A DNA stretch of 64,000 nucleotides from Deltaproteobacteria bacterium. Lineage in GTDB: Bacteria; Myxococcota_A; Polyangia; Polyangiales; Houyiibacteriaceae. This document shows, piece by piece, positions 1 to 9,884 of the stretch; within the stretch, counting starts at the first letter, position 1; the number at the start of each line of letters is the position of its first letter. Below the pieces are notes generated by a model. The model saw nothing but the letters and a program-made list of their open reading frames with translations, was not told the origin of the DNA and did no database searches. The DNA lies in assembly GCA_034670305.1 (NCBI GenBank), contig JAXMNT010000003.1:128001-192000 (forward strand), read 5' to 3'. Position numbers and translations under genes: made by a program.

Positions 1-2
1 TC

Positions 3-395
3 TCCGCCCACGAGGTCCTCATGCGTCATCCCTGGGCGACGATGTTGATCGTCTCGCGTGCCAACGTCGGTCCAGCGAGTCTGCGCTACGTCGACGCCAC
101 CATTGGCTGCCTCCGCGAAGCCGGGTTCAGTTGGGCGATGACAGACCATGCCTGGAACGCACTCGACAGCCACACCTACGGGTTCACGCTGCAGAAGTTG
201 AACTTCCCGTTCGACCCGGACGAGTACGCCGAGCAGGCCGAGCACTACGTCGCGGAGATCGCGATGGCGCCCTACCCGCACCTCAACGCGATGGCGCAGG
301 AGGTCATGGAGGGAAACCACGACGGCTTGAACACGTTCGAGTTCGGACTCGATCTGTTGCTCGACGGCCTCGAACGCATGCTGTCTCGCCCGTAG
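3..395 (+). CDS. TetR-family transcriptional regulator, C-terminal (TetR_C) part; 5'-partial at window edge
   Basis: Frame open from window start; LMRHPWA..LREAGFS..ALDSHTYGF..FEFGLDLLLDGLE is typical of TetR_C domains. Confidence 0.85.
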   Translation, partial: SAHEVLMRHPWATMLIVSRANVGPASLRYVDATIGCLREAGFSWAMTDHAWNALDSHTYGFTLQKLNFPFDPDEYAEQAEHYVAEIAMAPYPHLNAMAQEVMEGNHDGLNTFEFGLDLLLDGLERMLSRP

Positions 396-431
396 CCCAT
401 CAACCGCACGCCCCAAGCGCGGGCTCGTCCT

Positions 432-2024
432 TCAGCGGGTGAAGTCGCCGGCCGCGTAGAAGAGGTACATCTCGAACGCCGTGTAGCCCGCGTCGTTGCG
501 CACTTGGACGTCTCCGAAGTCGTAGAGCTCGAGCACGTCGTCGTTCGAGGCGATGCCGTGGGCGGCGACGAAGAAGCGCGGGATGTCCGGCAGGCTTCCG
601 TAGAAGCCTTCCGGCCGCGTGCCGTTCGGAAGCACCGGCTGGGTCCAGGACTTGTTGAACGGGTCCCGGGTGGTCTCGGTCGCCACGTCCTCGAGCCGCT
701 GCGTGTCGTACGAGTCGAGGTAGCGCCCCACGACGCCCGCGTCGCTGACGAACGAGTTCGTCCCGACGTCGGCGAGCACGTCGGCGCGCGCTTCGATGGC
801 GGTCTGGAGCACCGTGTTGGCGAGGAGCGGAAACTGCTCGGTCGTGAAGTAGCTCGCGGCGAGCGGTGCGCCGCCGCTGAAGTTGGTCCACAGGCCACGG
901 TCGTCGAGCTGGGGCGCCGGGTAGAGCGTCGGGTGGTGGTTGAACGCCGTGTAGATGCGCGGAGTCGAGGGCGACTGGACCTTGTTCGCCGAGCCAGACT
1001 CGGTGCCCGGCGTCAGGTGGTTGCCGATGTAGTTCACCTGGGGGCTGTGCGCGTTCGCGTTCACGAGCCGCGAGCCCCAGTTGAAGACCACGTTGTTGAC
1101 GATGTCGAACTGGCCGTCGCCGCCGATGTTCGGCGTCCGGTGGCCTTGGTGTACGAAGAGATTGTGCACGGTGCTCAGGCGCTGGATGGGGAAGGTGCGG
1201 GCCAGCCCGGTGATGATGCCGGTCGCGTTTTCGGAGAAGACGCAGCGCTGAATCGTGCCGTCCTGCAGCGGACCCCAGTTGCCGTCCATCGAGATCGCTT
1301 GGTCGTCGTTGAAGCTGAACGACATGTGATCGAAAACGAATCGGTCGGTGCCGCCGCTGATGATGCCGTTGTGGTCGCCGACGTCCGGCACCCCGGTGTA
1401 GCTGCCGTTGCGGATCCGCACGTGCCGTATGATCACGTTGTCGGTCGGTGAGGTCGGCCGGTTGTATCCGCCGGACAAGAGCAACGGTTTGCCGGAGATG
1501 GTGATGCCGCCCTCGGGCGCGGTCTCGCCCGCGATCGTCAGATCGCCGTTCTCGGCGATGAGCTCGATCCGCGACTCGAGCTCAATCCTGCCGGAGACAT
1601 CGAAGACCACGGTCCGGGGCCCGGTCTCGAGGAGCGCTGCGCGAAAACTCCCCGGCCCGTCCGCCGCGAGGGTCGTCACGTGGATCACCCGCCCGCCGCG
1701 GCCTCCGGTCGCGATGGAGCCACCCCCCACCGCGGAGGGAAACGCGATGCGGGCGCCGAGCACGCGGCAGGTGTCGCTCGGCGCCACGCACGCCTCGACG
1801 TCCGCGTCCTGGTCACCGGAGTCGAGGGCGGCCGCATCCTCGCCGCCGCTGTCCGACCCGGGCGCATCCTGCGCTCCTCCGTCGAGCGCTCCTCCGTCGA
1901 GCGCACCCCCGTCGAACGGACCGCCATCGGTCGAACACGGGTCCACACAATCGTCGTCGCCACACCCCCAAGAGATGAGCAAGAGCGCCAGAAAAGAAAC
2001 GCGCATCGTCCGAGCAGCGGCCAT
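432..2024 (-). CDS. Pectate lyase-like (PL1-type beta-helix) lipoprotein
   Basis: Lipobox-like SWGC, DGG-rich linker, then AFPSAVGGGSIATGGRGGRVIHVT..GPGSFRAA..PRTVVFDVSG, TIAGETAP, DHMSFS, HRTP, NNVVFNWG; start may be 2006. Confidence 0.85.
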   Translation of the reverse strand: MAAARTMRVSFLALLLISWGCGDDDCVDPCSTDGGPFDGGALDGGALDGGAQDAPGSDSGGEDAAALDSGDQDADVEACVAPSDTCRVLGARIAFPSAVGGGSIATGGRGGRVIHVTTLAADGPGSFRAALLETGPRTVVFDVSGRIELESRIELIAENGDLTIAGETAPEGGITISGKPLLLSGGYNRPTSPTDNVIIRHVRIRNGSYTGVPDVGDHNGIISGGTDRFVFDHMSFSFNDDQAISMDGNWGPLQDGTIQRCVFSENATGIITGLARTFPIQRLSTVHNLFVHQGHRTPNIGGDGQFDIVNNVVFNWGSRLVNANAHSPQVNYIGNHLTPGTESGSANKVQSPSTPRIYTAFNHHPTLYPAPQLDDRGLWTNFSGGAPLAASYFTTEQFPLLANTVLQTAIEARADVLADVGTNSFVSDAGVVGRYLDSYDTQRLEDVATETTRDPFNKSWTQPVLPNGTRPEGFYGSLPDIPRFFVAAHGIASNDDVLELYDFGDVQVRNDAGYTAFEMYLFYAAGDFTR

Positions 2025-2092
2025 CCCCCACAGCTACCACCGGCCCACCCCACCCACGCAAACGGAATCGCACGCCGTACGGCGCACCAGAG

Positions 2093-2302
2093 TCGGCATC
2101 GGCTTCGGCTTCGGCATCGGCTTCGGCCTCGGCTTCGGCATCGGCATCGGCGTCGGCTTCGGCGTCGGCTTCGGCGTCGGCATCGGCCTCGGCCTCGGCT
2201 TCGGCCTCGGCTTCGGCTTCGGCATCGGCCTCGGCTTCGGCATCGGCCTCGGCATCGGCTTCGGCCTCGGCCTCGGCTTCGGCTTCGGCTTCGGCTTCGG
2301 CG
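2093..2302. repeat. Intergenic tandem hexamer tract (TCGGCN)x35
   Basis: 35 consecutive units with invariant TCGGC and variable sixth base, between HIT stop and pectate lyase start. Confidence 0.95.
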
Positions 2303-2316
2303 CCGGCCTGTCGGCT

Positions 2317-2754
2317 TCAGCGTCCCTCCGCCGCAAACCCCTCCGCCCCATCGAGCGCCGCCTGAATCGATCGCACCCGTTCGGCGAGCGCTTCGGGCGC
2401 GTACGGGAGCGCCGGATGGGCGCCCCAGATCGCGCCGGGCCAAGCCGCATCGTCGGTGCTCCGCGCCACCACGTGCACATGCAGCTGCGGCACCATGTTG
2501 CCGAGCGCGGCGACGTTGATCTTGTCCGCAGCGAAGAGCGTTTCCAGGCGCGCCCCGACCGCCGCGATCTCGCCCATGAGGCGCTGCTGGTCGGCCGGCT
2601 CGAGCGCGTGGATCTCCCGGATGGAGGCGCGGTGGGGAATGAGGACGAGCCAGGGGTAGCGAGCGTCGCGGATCAGCCGGACCAGACACAACGGGAAGCG
2701 GCCGACAGGGACCGAGTCCTCGGCGAGCCGGGCGTGCAGTTCGAAGGCGGACAT
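2317..2754 (-). CDS. HIT-family hydrolase
   Basis: [35 protein letters not shown] motif; ATG at 2754 (MSAFELH). Confidence 0.9.
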   Translation of the reverse strand: MSAFELHARLAEDSVPVGRFPLCLVRLIRDARYPWLVLIPHRASIREIHALEPADQQRLMGEIAAVGARLETLFAADKINVAALGNMVPQLHVHVVARSTDDAAWPGAIWGAHPALPYAPEALAERVRSIQAALDGAEGFAAEGR

Positions 2755-2897
2755 GCCGCGCTGTACGACGAATTCGGTCGAAGCCACAACTGGCGGTCGA
2801 GCGCCCGGCGGACCTGCCATCGTGGGCAGGCGAGCCTTCGAGAGAACCCACGCGGATCCTCGCGGCACGAAAGCCCGAGGATGCTACGCTTGCGCGC

Positions 2898-3581
2898 GTG
2901 TCATCCACCCACCGAACCCCGCCCCGAGCGGGCGGAAACCCCGTGCTGTCCTTCCGAAACGCAGTGCTTCTGGCCGCTGCGATCCTCGGCCTCGCGTGCG
3001 CGTGCACGCCCCAGGGCGACCCCGGCATCGGCAGCGAGGGGTACCAAGACGACTTCGAACGGGACCAGCTCGGGGACGACTACAACAACACCGGCGGACC
3101 CTGGGAGATGCGGGAAGGCTGGCTGCGTGTCCGCAACGCCCGCAACCGCCCCCTCTGGCTCCGGCGCACCCTTCCCCGCGACGTGCGGATCGAGTTCGAC
3201 GTCAAGAGCATGAGCCCGGCGGGCGACATCAAGGTGGAGGTCTTCGGCGACGGCGAGAGCCGGGCGACCACCGACAGCTACACCGCGACGAGCTACGTGG
3301 TGATCTTCGGCGGCTGGAACAACTCCACCAACGTCATCGCGCGGATGGACGAACACGGCGACGATCGGGTCGAAGGGCCGCGCCGCCCGGTGGTGATCGG
3401 CCAGGTCCACCACATGAAGATCGAACGCTCCGGCAACACCATCACCGCCTGGGTGGATGGAGAGGAGCTGGCGTCCATGGACGACGAGGAGCCGCTCGAG
3501 GGCCGCGGCCACACCCACTTCGCCTTCAACAACTGGGAAGCCGAACTCTGGTTCGACAACCTGGAGATCACGCCCCTGTGA
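2898..3581 (+). CDS. Lipoprotein with concanavalin A-like (LamG/DUF1080-type) beta-sandwich
   Basis: LGLACAC lipobox, DDFER, FGGWNN, HHMKIERSG..WVDG, WFDNLEITPL; TACGCT 7 nt before GTG 2898 (alternative start 2943). Confidence 0.7.
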   Translation: MSSTHRTPPRAGGNPVLSFRNAVLLAAAILGLACACTPQGDPGIGSEGYQDDFERDQLGDDYNNTGGPWEMREGWLRVRNARNRPLWLRRTLPRDVRIEFDVKSMSPAGDIKVEVFGDGESRATTDSYTATSYVVIFGGWNNSTNVIARMDEHGDDRVEGPRRPVVIGQVHHMKIERSGNTITAWVDGEELASMDDEEPLEGRGHTHFAFNNWEAELWFDNLEITPL

Positions 3582-3630
3582 ACACCGGTGTTGCAGCGGC
3601 GTCGCCTCTCTCCGGCATCGGGCATGCCGC

Positions 3631-4581
3631 GTGAGCCTTCCGTCTCGCAATCCGAACCGCGAGTTCGACGAGATGCTCAAGGATCTCGACGTCCGCCTGA
3701 ACCAGCTCAAGGCGCTCTACGAGCAGTGGTTCCAGGGTTACGAGCGGCTGCCGCCTGTGAAGCGGCGCGACGCCCTGGAGCGCGAGTTGCTGCGCGCGCG
3801 CAAGAACCAGCCGCTGAACACCGCGCTCAAGTTCCGGTTTCAAACGCTGTGGCAACGCTGGACCACGCTGTCCACGCACTGGCAGCGCGTGACCCGCCAG
3901 ATCGAAGAGGGCACTTACAAACGCGACATCCAGCGGATGAAGCGCCGCCGCAAACGGCGAGAGGAGCGCGCGCAGCCGCGCGGGTCCGCGGTGGAGATCG
4001 ACGTCGACCTGGATTCGTTCGACCTGGACGCGGAGGTCGCGTCTGCGCTCGACGCACTCGTCGCGCCCGAACCGATCCCGGAAGACAAGACCCAGCCGAA
4101 CATCACGTTGCCGGAAGGCATCGGGCTGCCGCAGGCACCGGGGGCGAAACCGCCGCCTGCACCGGGCGCCCGCCGCCTCGACCGGCATGTGGACGCGGTG
4201 AGTGCCATGCCACCGCCGGTTCCGGTTTCGAAACCCGCAATGGACGCCGCGGCCGACCTGCCTCCGCCCAAACCCATTCGACGGGCGGCGCCACCACCGC
4301 CTGGACCATCGCGGGCCGCGCCGCCGCCGCCGCCCCCGCCGCGGCCTCGCGCCGGCGGCGCGGGCTTGGACGAAGCGGCCAAGCGCGCCATCTACGAGAA
4401 GTACGTCGAGGCGCGGAAGAAGAACAAAGAGCGGGTCGACCACCTGCGCTACGAGAAACTCGCTTCCCAGATCGAGAAGATGGTGCCCAAACTCGCCAAG
4501 AAACATCGGGGCAAACGGATCGACTTCGAGGTCGTCGTCAAAGACGGCCGGGTGGGACTCAAGCCGGTCGCCAAAGACTGA
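3631..4581 (+). CDS. Myxobacterial conserved protein resembling the MXAN_5187 C-terminal-domain family, with Pro-rich linker
   Basis: LKALYEQWFQG.ER.PP..NTALKFRFQTL..W...RQIEEG N-domain and YEKYVEAR..DFEVVVKDGRVGLKP C-domain (family recalled, not searched); GTG at 3631. Confidence 0.7.
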   Translation: MSLPSRNPNREFDEMLKDLDVRLNQLKALYEQWFQGYERLPPVKRRDALERELLRARKNQPLNTALKFRFQTLWQRWTTLSTHWQRVTRQIEEGTYKRDIQRMKRRRKRREERAQPRGSAVEIDVDLDSFDLDAEVASALDALVAPEPIPEDKTQPNITLPEGIGLPQAPGAKPPPAPGARRLDRHVDAVSAMPPPVPVSKPAMDAAADLPPPKPIRRAAPPPPGPSRAAPPPPPPPRPRAGGAGLDEAAKRAIYEKYVEARKKNKERVDHLRYEKLASQIEKMVPKLAKKHRGKRIDFEVVVKDGRVGLKPVAKD

Positions 4582-4633
4582 GCGTTCGGATCCTCCAAAC
4601 GCCCGTCAACGCCATGGCATCGCCCGACGCGCG

Positions 4634-6148
4634 CTACTCGGTGATGTGAACGCGGCTGGCGCGGAAGCCGGTTCGGTCCGTGCTGACGCCGTGCCAACCA
4701 TCGGGGACCCGGGGCCAGGTCTCTTGGAAAACCCGGTGCGCATCGGTCGGCGACAAGTTCACGCAGCCATGGCTGCGCTGGAGGCCGAAGCGGGTGTGCC
4801 AGAACGCGGTGTGCAGCGCGAAGCTGCCCTCGAAGTACTGCGTCCACGGCACGTCCTGAATCCGGTACGAGTCGTCGCCCGCGTCGGGTCCGAGGTTGGC
4901 CATCGTGTCCGTGACCGACTTCTTGTGGATCGTGAAGGTGCCCGTGGGCGTCGCGTGTTCGTCGAGCCCAGTGCTGACGAGCGTGGCGTAGACGGGCCGG
5001 TTGCCGCGGTAGACCACGAGGGACTGATCGCCGAGGTCCACGTGGACCCACGGTTCGTTCTCTTCCACCTCGAACGGAGGTTCGATCGCGGTCACCGTCG
5101 TCACGTACCAGTCCCGCAGGTAGCGCGGGCCATCCCACGCGTCGCTCTCGAGGTGGTGGTAGAAGTGGTCGCCGATTCTCATGCGCTCGATGTACTCGTC
5201 GCCGAGAAGGGTCTGGCGTTCGATGACCTCGGCTTCCTCATCCCGAGGGAACCGGTGCCCCGAACCGTCGGGTCGTTCGCCCCGATGGATGAGCGGCCGA
5301 CCGCTGCGCAGAACCCACCGCACGGGCAAGGGATGATCCTCGTCGATCTCGACTCCGTGAAAGTCACCGCCGTTGCGGACTTCGAGGTTGGCTTCTTTCA
5401 CGAAGCCGCCGCCGGTCGTGCGCACGAAGCGCCGCCGTGACCGCACCTGCACGTCGGTGCCGGCGACGAAGAACCCACGGTTGAGAAACCGCGCCACCGC
5501 GGCATGGCGCTGAGGTTCTCCGGGCAGCTCCCCGGCCAAGAACCGCGCCGCCCGTCGCTCGTTGGATTCGAGCAGCTCCACGTAGCGCTGGCCGTACGCG
5601 AGCGCCGCGCGTTGCTGGTCGCGTGACGGCAGTTGGTGGAACTCCGCCACCATCGGGTCCTTCACGAGGAAGTACAGGTACGGCATCGGCTGGTCGCGCT
5701 GCGCCGGCGGGACCGGGTCCTCGACTTCGGGCGGCGTCTCACCGACCTCGATGCCTTGACCCGCACACGCATAGCCGCGCGGCGCGAGCTTGTACCAGCC
5801 CGAGTTGCAGGTCGGGGTGCGGTGCGGTTCGGCTTCGAGGCGCACCCGCTCGCCCCAGCGGAGCCAACCCGCGATGTCCGACTCCGGATCGGGCTCGGTG
5901 CGGATCGTGAGCGAGGTGCGGGTCACGAGCCCATGCAGCGGGAACTCGCGATCGAGTGCGTCCGCCATCGCTTGCCGACTCGTCTCGTCCTGCGCGGCCT
6001 CGGTCACGTTCTCGAGCGCACCGACCCCGCCACCCTCCGGCGCCTGTTCGATCGACTCGGACGCCTCCGGCGAACTCGACTCGGCACCGGAGCAACCGAG
6101 CGTGCCCCACAAGAGTGCGCAGGAGACGATGGAGAGGGTGCGCCGCAT
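4634..6148 (-). CDS. L,D-transpeptidase (YkuD) lipoprotein with SH3-like N-terminal region
   Basis: WVHVDLGDQ, VSTG..TPTGTF, ALHTAFWH..SHGCVNLS catalytic His/Cys motif; TLGC lipobox. Confidence 0.92.
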   Translation of the reverse strand: MRRTLSIVSCALLWGTLGCSGAESSSPEASESIEQAPEGGGVGALENVTEAAQDETSRQAMADALDREFPLHGLVTRTSLTIRTEPDPESDIAGWLRWGERVRLEAEPHRTPTCNSGWYKLAPRGYACAGQGIEVGETPPEVEDPVPPAQRDQPMPYLYFLVKDPMVAEFHQLPSRDQQRAALAYGQRYVELLESNERRAARFLAGELPGEPQRHAAVARFLNRGFFVAGTDVQVRSRRRFVRTTGGGFVKEANLEVRNGGDFHGVEIDEDHPLPVRWVLRSGRPLIHRGERPDGSGHRFPRDEEAEVIERQTLLGDEYIERMRIGDHFYHHLESDAWDGPRYLRDWYVTTVTAIEPPFEVEENEPWVHVDLGDQSLVVYRGNRPVYATLVSTGLDEHATPTGTFTIHKKSVTDTMANLGPDAGDDSYRIQDVPWTQYFEGSFALHTAFWHTRFGLQRSHGCVNLSPTDAHRVFQETWPRVPDGWHGVSTDRTGFRASRVHITE

Positions 6149-6214
6149 GGCCGCCCAGCGTGAAACCCAATCCGGCTTCGTGCAACCGAGCGCCGCTGGA
6201 CCGCGCGTTCCCGG

Positions 6215-8185
6215 CTACTCGCAGCGCCCCGCCGCCGTCATCGTCGCAGCGGCGGAATGATAGGTCGCGTACGGTGCGTTGGATGTGAACCCAGCCGTCA
6301 CCCCGGCCCAGAGATCGGTGTCCGGCCCGAAGTCCGTCACCCCCACGCCCTCGCACCCAAGGCGCGTCGTCGGCGCGCAGCTGGAATCCACGCTGGCGTT
6401 GCACGCAAAGAGGGCGAGCGTCGCTTGGGTGCGTCCGAGCGCGCTGTTCGCGGGGGTGTAACGCATCCGTACGTTCATCGAGACCACCTCGCCTTGGTCG
6501 ACCCGGAACGTGCCTGAGCTGATCGCGCACCCGATGACTTCGTCGACGCCGCCGCGACCGTCCAGGTTCAGAACGCGGACCCGGTCGGTCGCGGAGCCAC
6601 CGGGGTGGAACTGATGTTCGACGGCGACCCCGCGGCGGTTCGGTAGGCCCGAGTTCGCAGTCGTGCCGAAACGGTTGCCGCGCACGGTCGGCTCGTCGGA
6701 GAGCATGTACGCCACCCCGCCCCGCGGGTGCTGGCCCGGCGTGAAGCTGGTCTCGAGACTCATCTGGAACTCGAAGTCGTACTCGCGGTACCCGAGCGCC
6801 TGAGGGTCGTCGATCCACGCGGCGCCGACGTCGTCTCCCGGCTCGACCAGCGCGATGCTGGAGCTCACCGGGCTGCCACTGCAGGTCGCGTCGCCTGAGA
6901 CTCCGAAGTCGGCGCAGACCCTCGGATCGTGCACGCCTTCGAGCGTGGCGAGCGCGGTCTCGTCGTCGGTGGTTCCGTCCGCGTCGTCGTCGCAGTAGTC
7001 GCAGGACTCCGCCGCGGTGCAGGCGCCCGCCGTACACGCGCCGCCGCACAGCGCAGTGCCCGCGTTGCCGCAGGTGTTCGTACACGCGGAGGTCGTGCCG
7101 ACCCGGCAGTCGAAGTCTTCGTCGATGGCTCCGTCGCTGTCGTCGTCGCAGTCGTTGCAGAGCTCGGTCGCTTCGCAGGCCCCAAAGCCCGCGCAGCCCG
7201 GGCGACAGGTCTGCACGCCCGCTTGCCCGCAGACGACGCAGTCGCGCGTCTCGTCGTCCGAGCACAGAAACCCATCGTCCACGACGCCGTTGCAGTCGTT
7301 GTCCAGCCCGTCGCAGGTCTCCGCCATGGGGCGGATGCTGCACTCGCCCCACATGCCACCGAGGCACATCTCGTTGCCCATCGCGCACACGCCTTCGCGT
7401 TCGCAAGGGCGCGGTTCGTCGCCGGGGGTGCAGGCACAGAGACTCGGCGGGTTGATGATGTCGTCGCAGTTCTCGTCGACCATCGCGGCGTCGCACGCTT
7501 CGCCGACGCCCGGGTTGATCCCGCTCTCGTCGTCGTTGCAGTCCTCGTCGTTGTCGGCGAAGCCGTCGGGCGGAAAACACTCCATGGAGGTCAGCCCACC
7601 GGCTGCGCCGAAGCCGTCCCCGTCTCGGTCTTCGTAGAAGGTGTTGCCGACGCCTTCGTCCACCGCTCCGTCGCAGTCGTCGTCGAGCCCGTTGCAGGTC
7701 TCGGTGCCGGTCGGCGAGATCCCGGCGCGGTTGTCGTCGCAGTCGTCGCCGCAGTGGCCCTCGTTGCAGCAGGCGTCCGAGGTGCTGTCGTCCCCGTCGA
7801 TGTCGCGGCGGCCGAAGGTGGTCGGATCGCAGTCCTCGTCCACGTCGTCCGCGTCGCACACCTCTTCGTTGCCCGGGTAGCGGTTGAGGTCGGTGTCGTC
7901 GCAGTCGTCCCCGCCGCACGCGGCGTCCGCGTGGCCGTCTCCGTCGGCGTCGGCGCAGTCGCTGCAGCGCTCGGCGGCTTCGTCGCACGCGCCGGCACAG
8001 GGCGCGTCGCCCGGAGCGCACACGCCTTCGGCACAGGTCTCGAGGCCGTTGCAGAAGAGGCCGTCGTCGCACGCCATGTCCGTCGAACACGCAGCCGCGT
8101 CGCCACCGCCGCCGTCCATCGGGGTCATGGCGTCGTCGTCACCGCAGGCAAGAAGGAGAAGGGACAAGACGAGCAAGCTGCGCAT
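6215..8185 (-). CDS. Cys/Asp-rich lipoprotein with MopE-related putative metal-binding repeats and C-terminal lectin-like domain
   Basis: LLAC lipobox; repeated DCDD..PG..E.C.G.DDDCDG.VDEG units; C-term GAAW..FEFQM..GVAVE..WAGVTAG resembles L-type lectin fold. Confidence 0.75.
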   Translation of the reverse strand: MRSLLVLSLLLLACGDDDAMTPMDGGGGDAAACSTDMACDDGLFCNGLETCAEGVCAPGDAPCAGACDEAAERCSDCADADGDGHADAACGGDDCDDTDLNRYPGNEEVCDADDVDEDCDPTTFGRRDIDGDDSTSDACCNEGHCGDDCDDNRAGISPTGTETCNGLDDDCDGAVDEGVGNTFYEDRDGDGFGAAGGLTSMECFPPDGFADNDEDCNDDESGINPGVGEACDAAMVDENCDDIINPPSLCACTPGDEPRPCEREGVCAMGNEMCLGGMWGECSIRPMAETCDGLDNDCNGVVDDGFLCSDDETRDCVVCGQAGVQTCRPGCAGFGACEATELCNDCDDDSDGAIDEDFDCRVGTTSACTNTCGNAGTALCGGACTAGACTAAESCDYCDDDADGTTDDETALATLEGVHDPRVCADFGVSGDATCSGSPVSSSIALVEPGDDVGAAWIDDPQALGYREYDFEFQMSLETSFTPGQHPRGGVAYMLSDEPTVRGNRFGTTANSGLPNRRGVAVEHQFHPGGSATDRVRVLNLDGRGGVDEVIGCAISSGTFRVDQGEVVSMNVRMRYTPANSALGRTQATLALFACNASVDSSCAPTTRLGCEGVGVTDFGPDTDLWAGVTAGFTSNAPYATYHSAAATMTAAGRCE

Positions 8186-8212
8186 GAACCCACGATAAGG
8201 TGGACCCTCTTC

Positions 8213-9103
8213 CTACGGCACTCGCGTTCCAGGCTCCGTCCGCACGCGGGCGCAGCGCCCCTCGATCTCGACCCTCGCGCCGAGCGGAACCGCCGTGTTC
8301 TCTGGCCCGTGCCCAACCGGCGCGCCCAACCACGCCGAACACGAGGTGTCTCGGAAGTGCGCCCGAACGACCTCTTCGGCGGTTGTGTCGTACCTGCCCT
8401 CGCATTGGTGGAGCTGGCCGAAGAGCACCCCCGCCACCCGGTCGAACCACCCGGCCTGCCGAAGCGTGGTCAACATCCGGTCGATGCGGTACGGCGCCTC
8501 GCCGACCTCCTCGAGCAGCAGGACCGCGTCGTCGAGCGGCGGCGCGTGCGGCGTCCCGGCGAGTGCCGCGAGCACAGCGAGGTTGCCGCCCACGAGGTGC
8601 CCCTGGACGGCCCTGGATTCGTGGATCGGGACCAGACCGTCGAATGTGGTCGGCGCGCCTTCGAGTGCGTCCGTCCACTGTTGCTTCGCATCACCGTCGG
8701 CGTTGCCGAGCCACGCCACCATCGGCGCGTGCCAGGAGCCGACGCCCGCCCTCGCCCACGCGGCATGCAGCGCCGTGACGTCGCTGAACCCGACGAGCGG
8801 TTTGTTCGCTGCCGCGATCTCTTCGACGCCGAGGTCCGGCAAGAGCCGGGTCGCACCGTAGCCACCGCGCACCGCGATGAGGGCGTGGGAGTCGTCCGCC
8901 AGCGCGTTTCGAAGCTCCGCCAGACGCCGTCCGTCGTCGCCCGCGAGGAAGCCATGGCGGGTGGTGATCGATTCGTCGTAGCGAACCTCGTAGCGCTCGC
9001 GTAGGAATGCGATGCCGCGGTGGAACGCTTCGACGTCGAAGGGCCCGCTCGGCGCCACCACCGAGAGGATCTGACCGGGGCGCAGCGGATGCGGCGCAAT
9101 CAT
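8213..9103 (-). CDS. ldcA: LD-carboxypeptidase (peptidase S66)
   Basis: VVAPSG, RGGYGA.RLL, GFSDVT (Ser), LLEEVGE (Glu), PVGHG (His); ATG 9103. Confidence 0.9.
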   Translation of the reverse strand: MIAPHPLRPGQILSVVAPSGPFDVEAFHRGIAFLRERYEVRYDESITTRHGFLAGDDGRRLAELRNALADDSHALIAVRGGYGATRLLPDLGVEEIAAANKPLVGFSDVTALHAAWARAGVGSWHAPMVAWLGNADGDAKQQWTDALEGAPTTFDGLVPIHESRAVQGHLVGGNLAVLAALAGTPHAPPLDDAVLLLEEVGEAPYRIDRMLTTLRQAGWFDRVAGVLFGQLHQCEGRYDTTAEEVVRAHFRDTSCSAWLGAPVGHGPENTAVPLGARVEIEGRCARVRTEPGTRVP

Positions 9104-9129
9104 GCGAAGACTCCGGTGGGAAAACACAC

Positions 9130-9723
9130 GTGCACGACATCGCACAATACCTGGAGGGGCTGGAGGGGCCATGGGCATATCTCATGCTCGGGCTGGCCGC
9201 GTGCGTGGAGTACGTCGCCCCACCCCTCCCCGGCGACGCATTCGCGCTCGCGGGCGTCGTGCTCGCGGCCACCGCCGGCTGGTCCCCACTCGGTGTGCAT
9301 CTGTCGCTGACGTTGGGCGCGTGCGTCGGGGGACACATCGCGTGGAGTTTTGGCCGCTGGCTGGATGGACGCCGCGACCGCTGGCCGCGCTGGATGATGG
9401 GACCACGCGTCACCAAGTTGCTCGAGAAGACCCAGCAGAAGTTCGACACGCACGGCGCCGTCATCCTCGGCGCCAACCGGTTCATCCCAGCGCTGCGTGC
9501 GTTCTTCTTCGTCGGGGCCGGCTTGAGCAACGTGCCCGTGCGTTCGGTGTGGTTGTGGGGCGGGCTGAGCGCGGCGGTGTGGAACGGCTTGCTGCTCGGA
9601 CTCGGCTGGAGCCTCGGCAGCGTGAGCGCGATGGAAGACGCCTACGGCACGTACGCCATGGGGGTGCTCGCGCTGCTCGTGATGGTCGGCGCAATCTGGT
9701 TCGCGCGCTCGAAGTTTCGCTGA
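9130..9723 (+). CDS. DedA-family membrane protein
   Basis: VEYVAPPLPGD, GACVGG...W.FGR, NRFIPALR..F..AG; several TM segments; GTG 9130. Confidence 0.88.
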   Translation: MHDIAQYLEGLEGPWAYLMLGLAACVEYVAPPLPGDAFALAGVVLAATAGWSPLGVHLSLTLGACVGGHIAWSFGRWLDGRRDRWPRWMMGPRVTKLLEKTQQKFDTHGAVILGANRFIPALRAFFFVGAGLSNVPVRSVWLWGGLSAAVWNGLLLGLGWSLGSVSAMEDAYGTYAMGVLALLVMVGAIWFARSKFR

Positions 9724-9740
9724 GCCTGTGTCGCACAGGC
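9724..9740 (+). terminator. GC-rich hairpin directly after dedA stop
   Basis: GCCTGTG-TCG-CACAGGC perfect 7-bp stem; no U-tract. Confidence 0.35.
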
Positions 9741-9884
9741 GTAGCGAAGCCGAATCGGGCACGCTCGGGCACGGGCGCGGGCATGGGCAGGGGTCGCACA
9801 GGAGATCGCTGCGGTGCCATGCGGCGCTGGAATCGGGTTGTGCACCTGGCGCCCCTGGCGATTCGGGGGCACGATGCGTGCTTC

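Noticed and set aside
2034..2480. PK-, GF- or RL-repeat proteins from ORFs crossing the hexamer tracts (also around 21147-21417)
   Set aside because: Stop-free repeats open all frames; these ORFs overlap real genes and lack start signals
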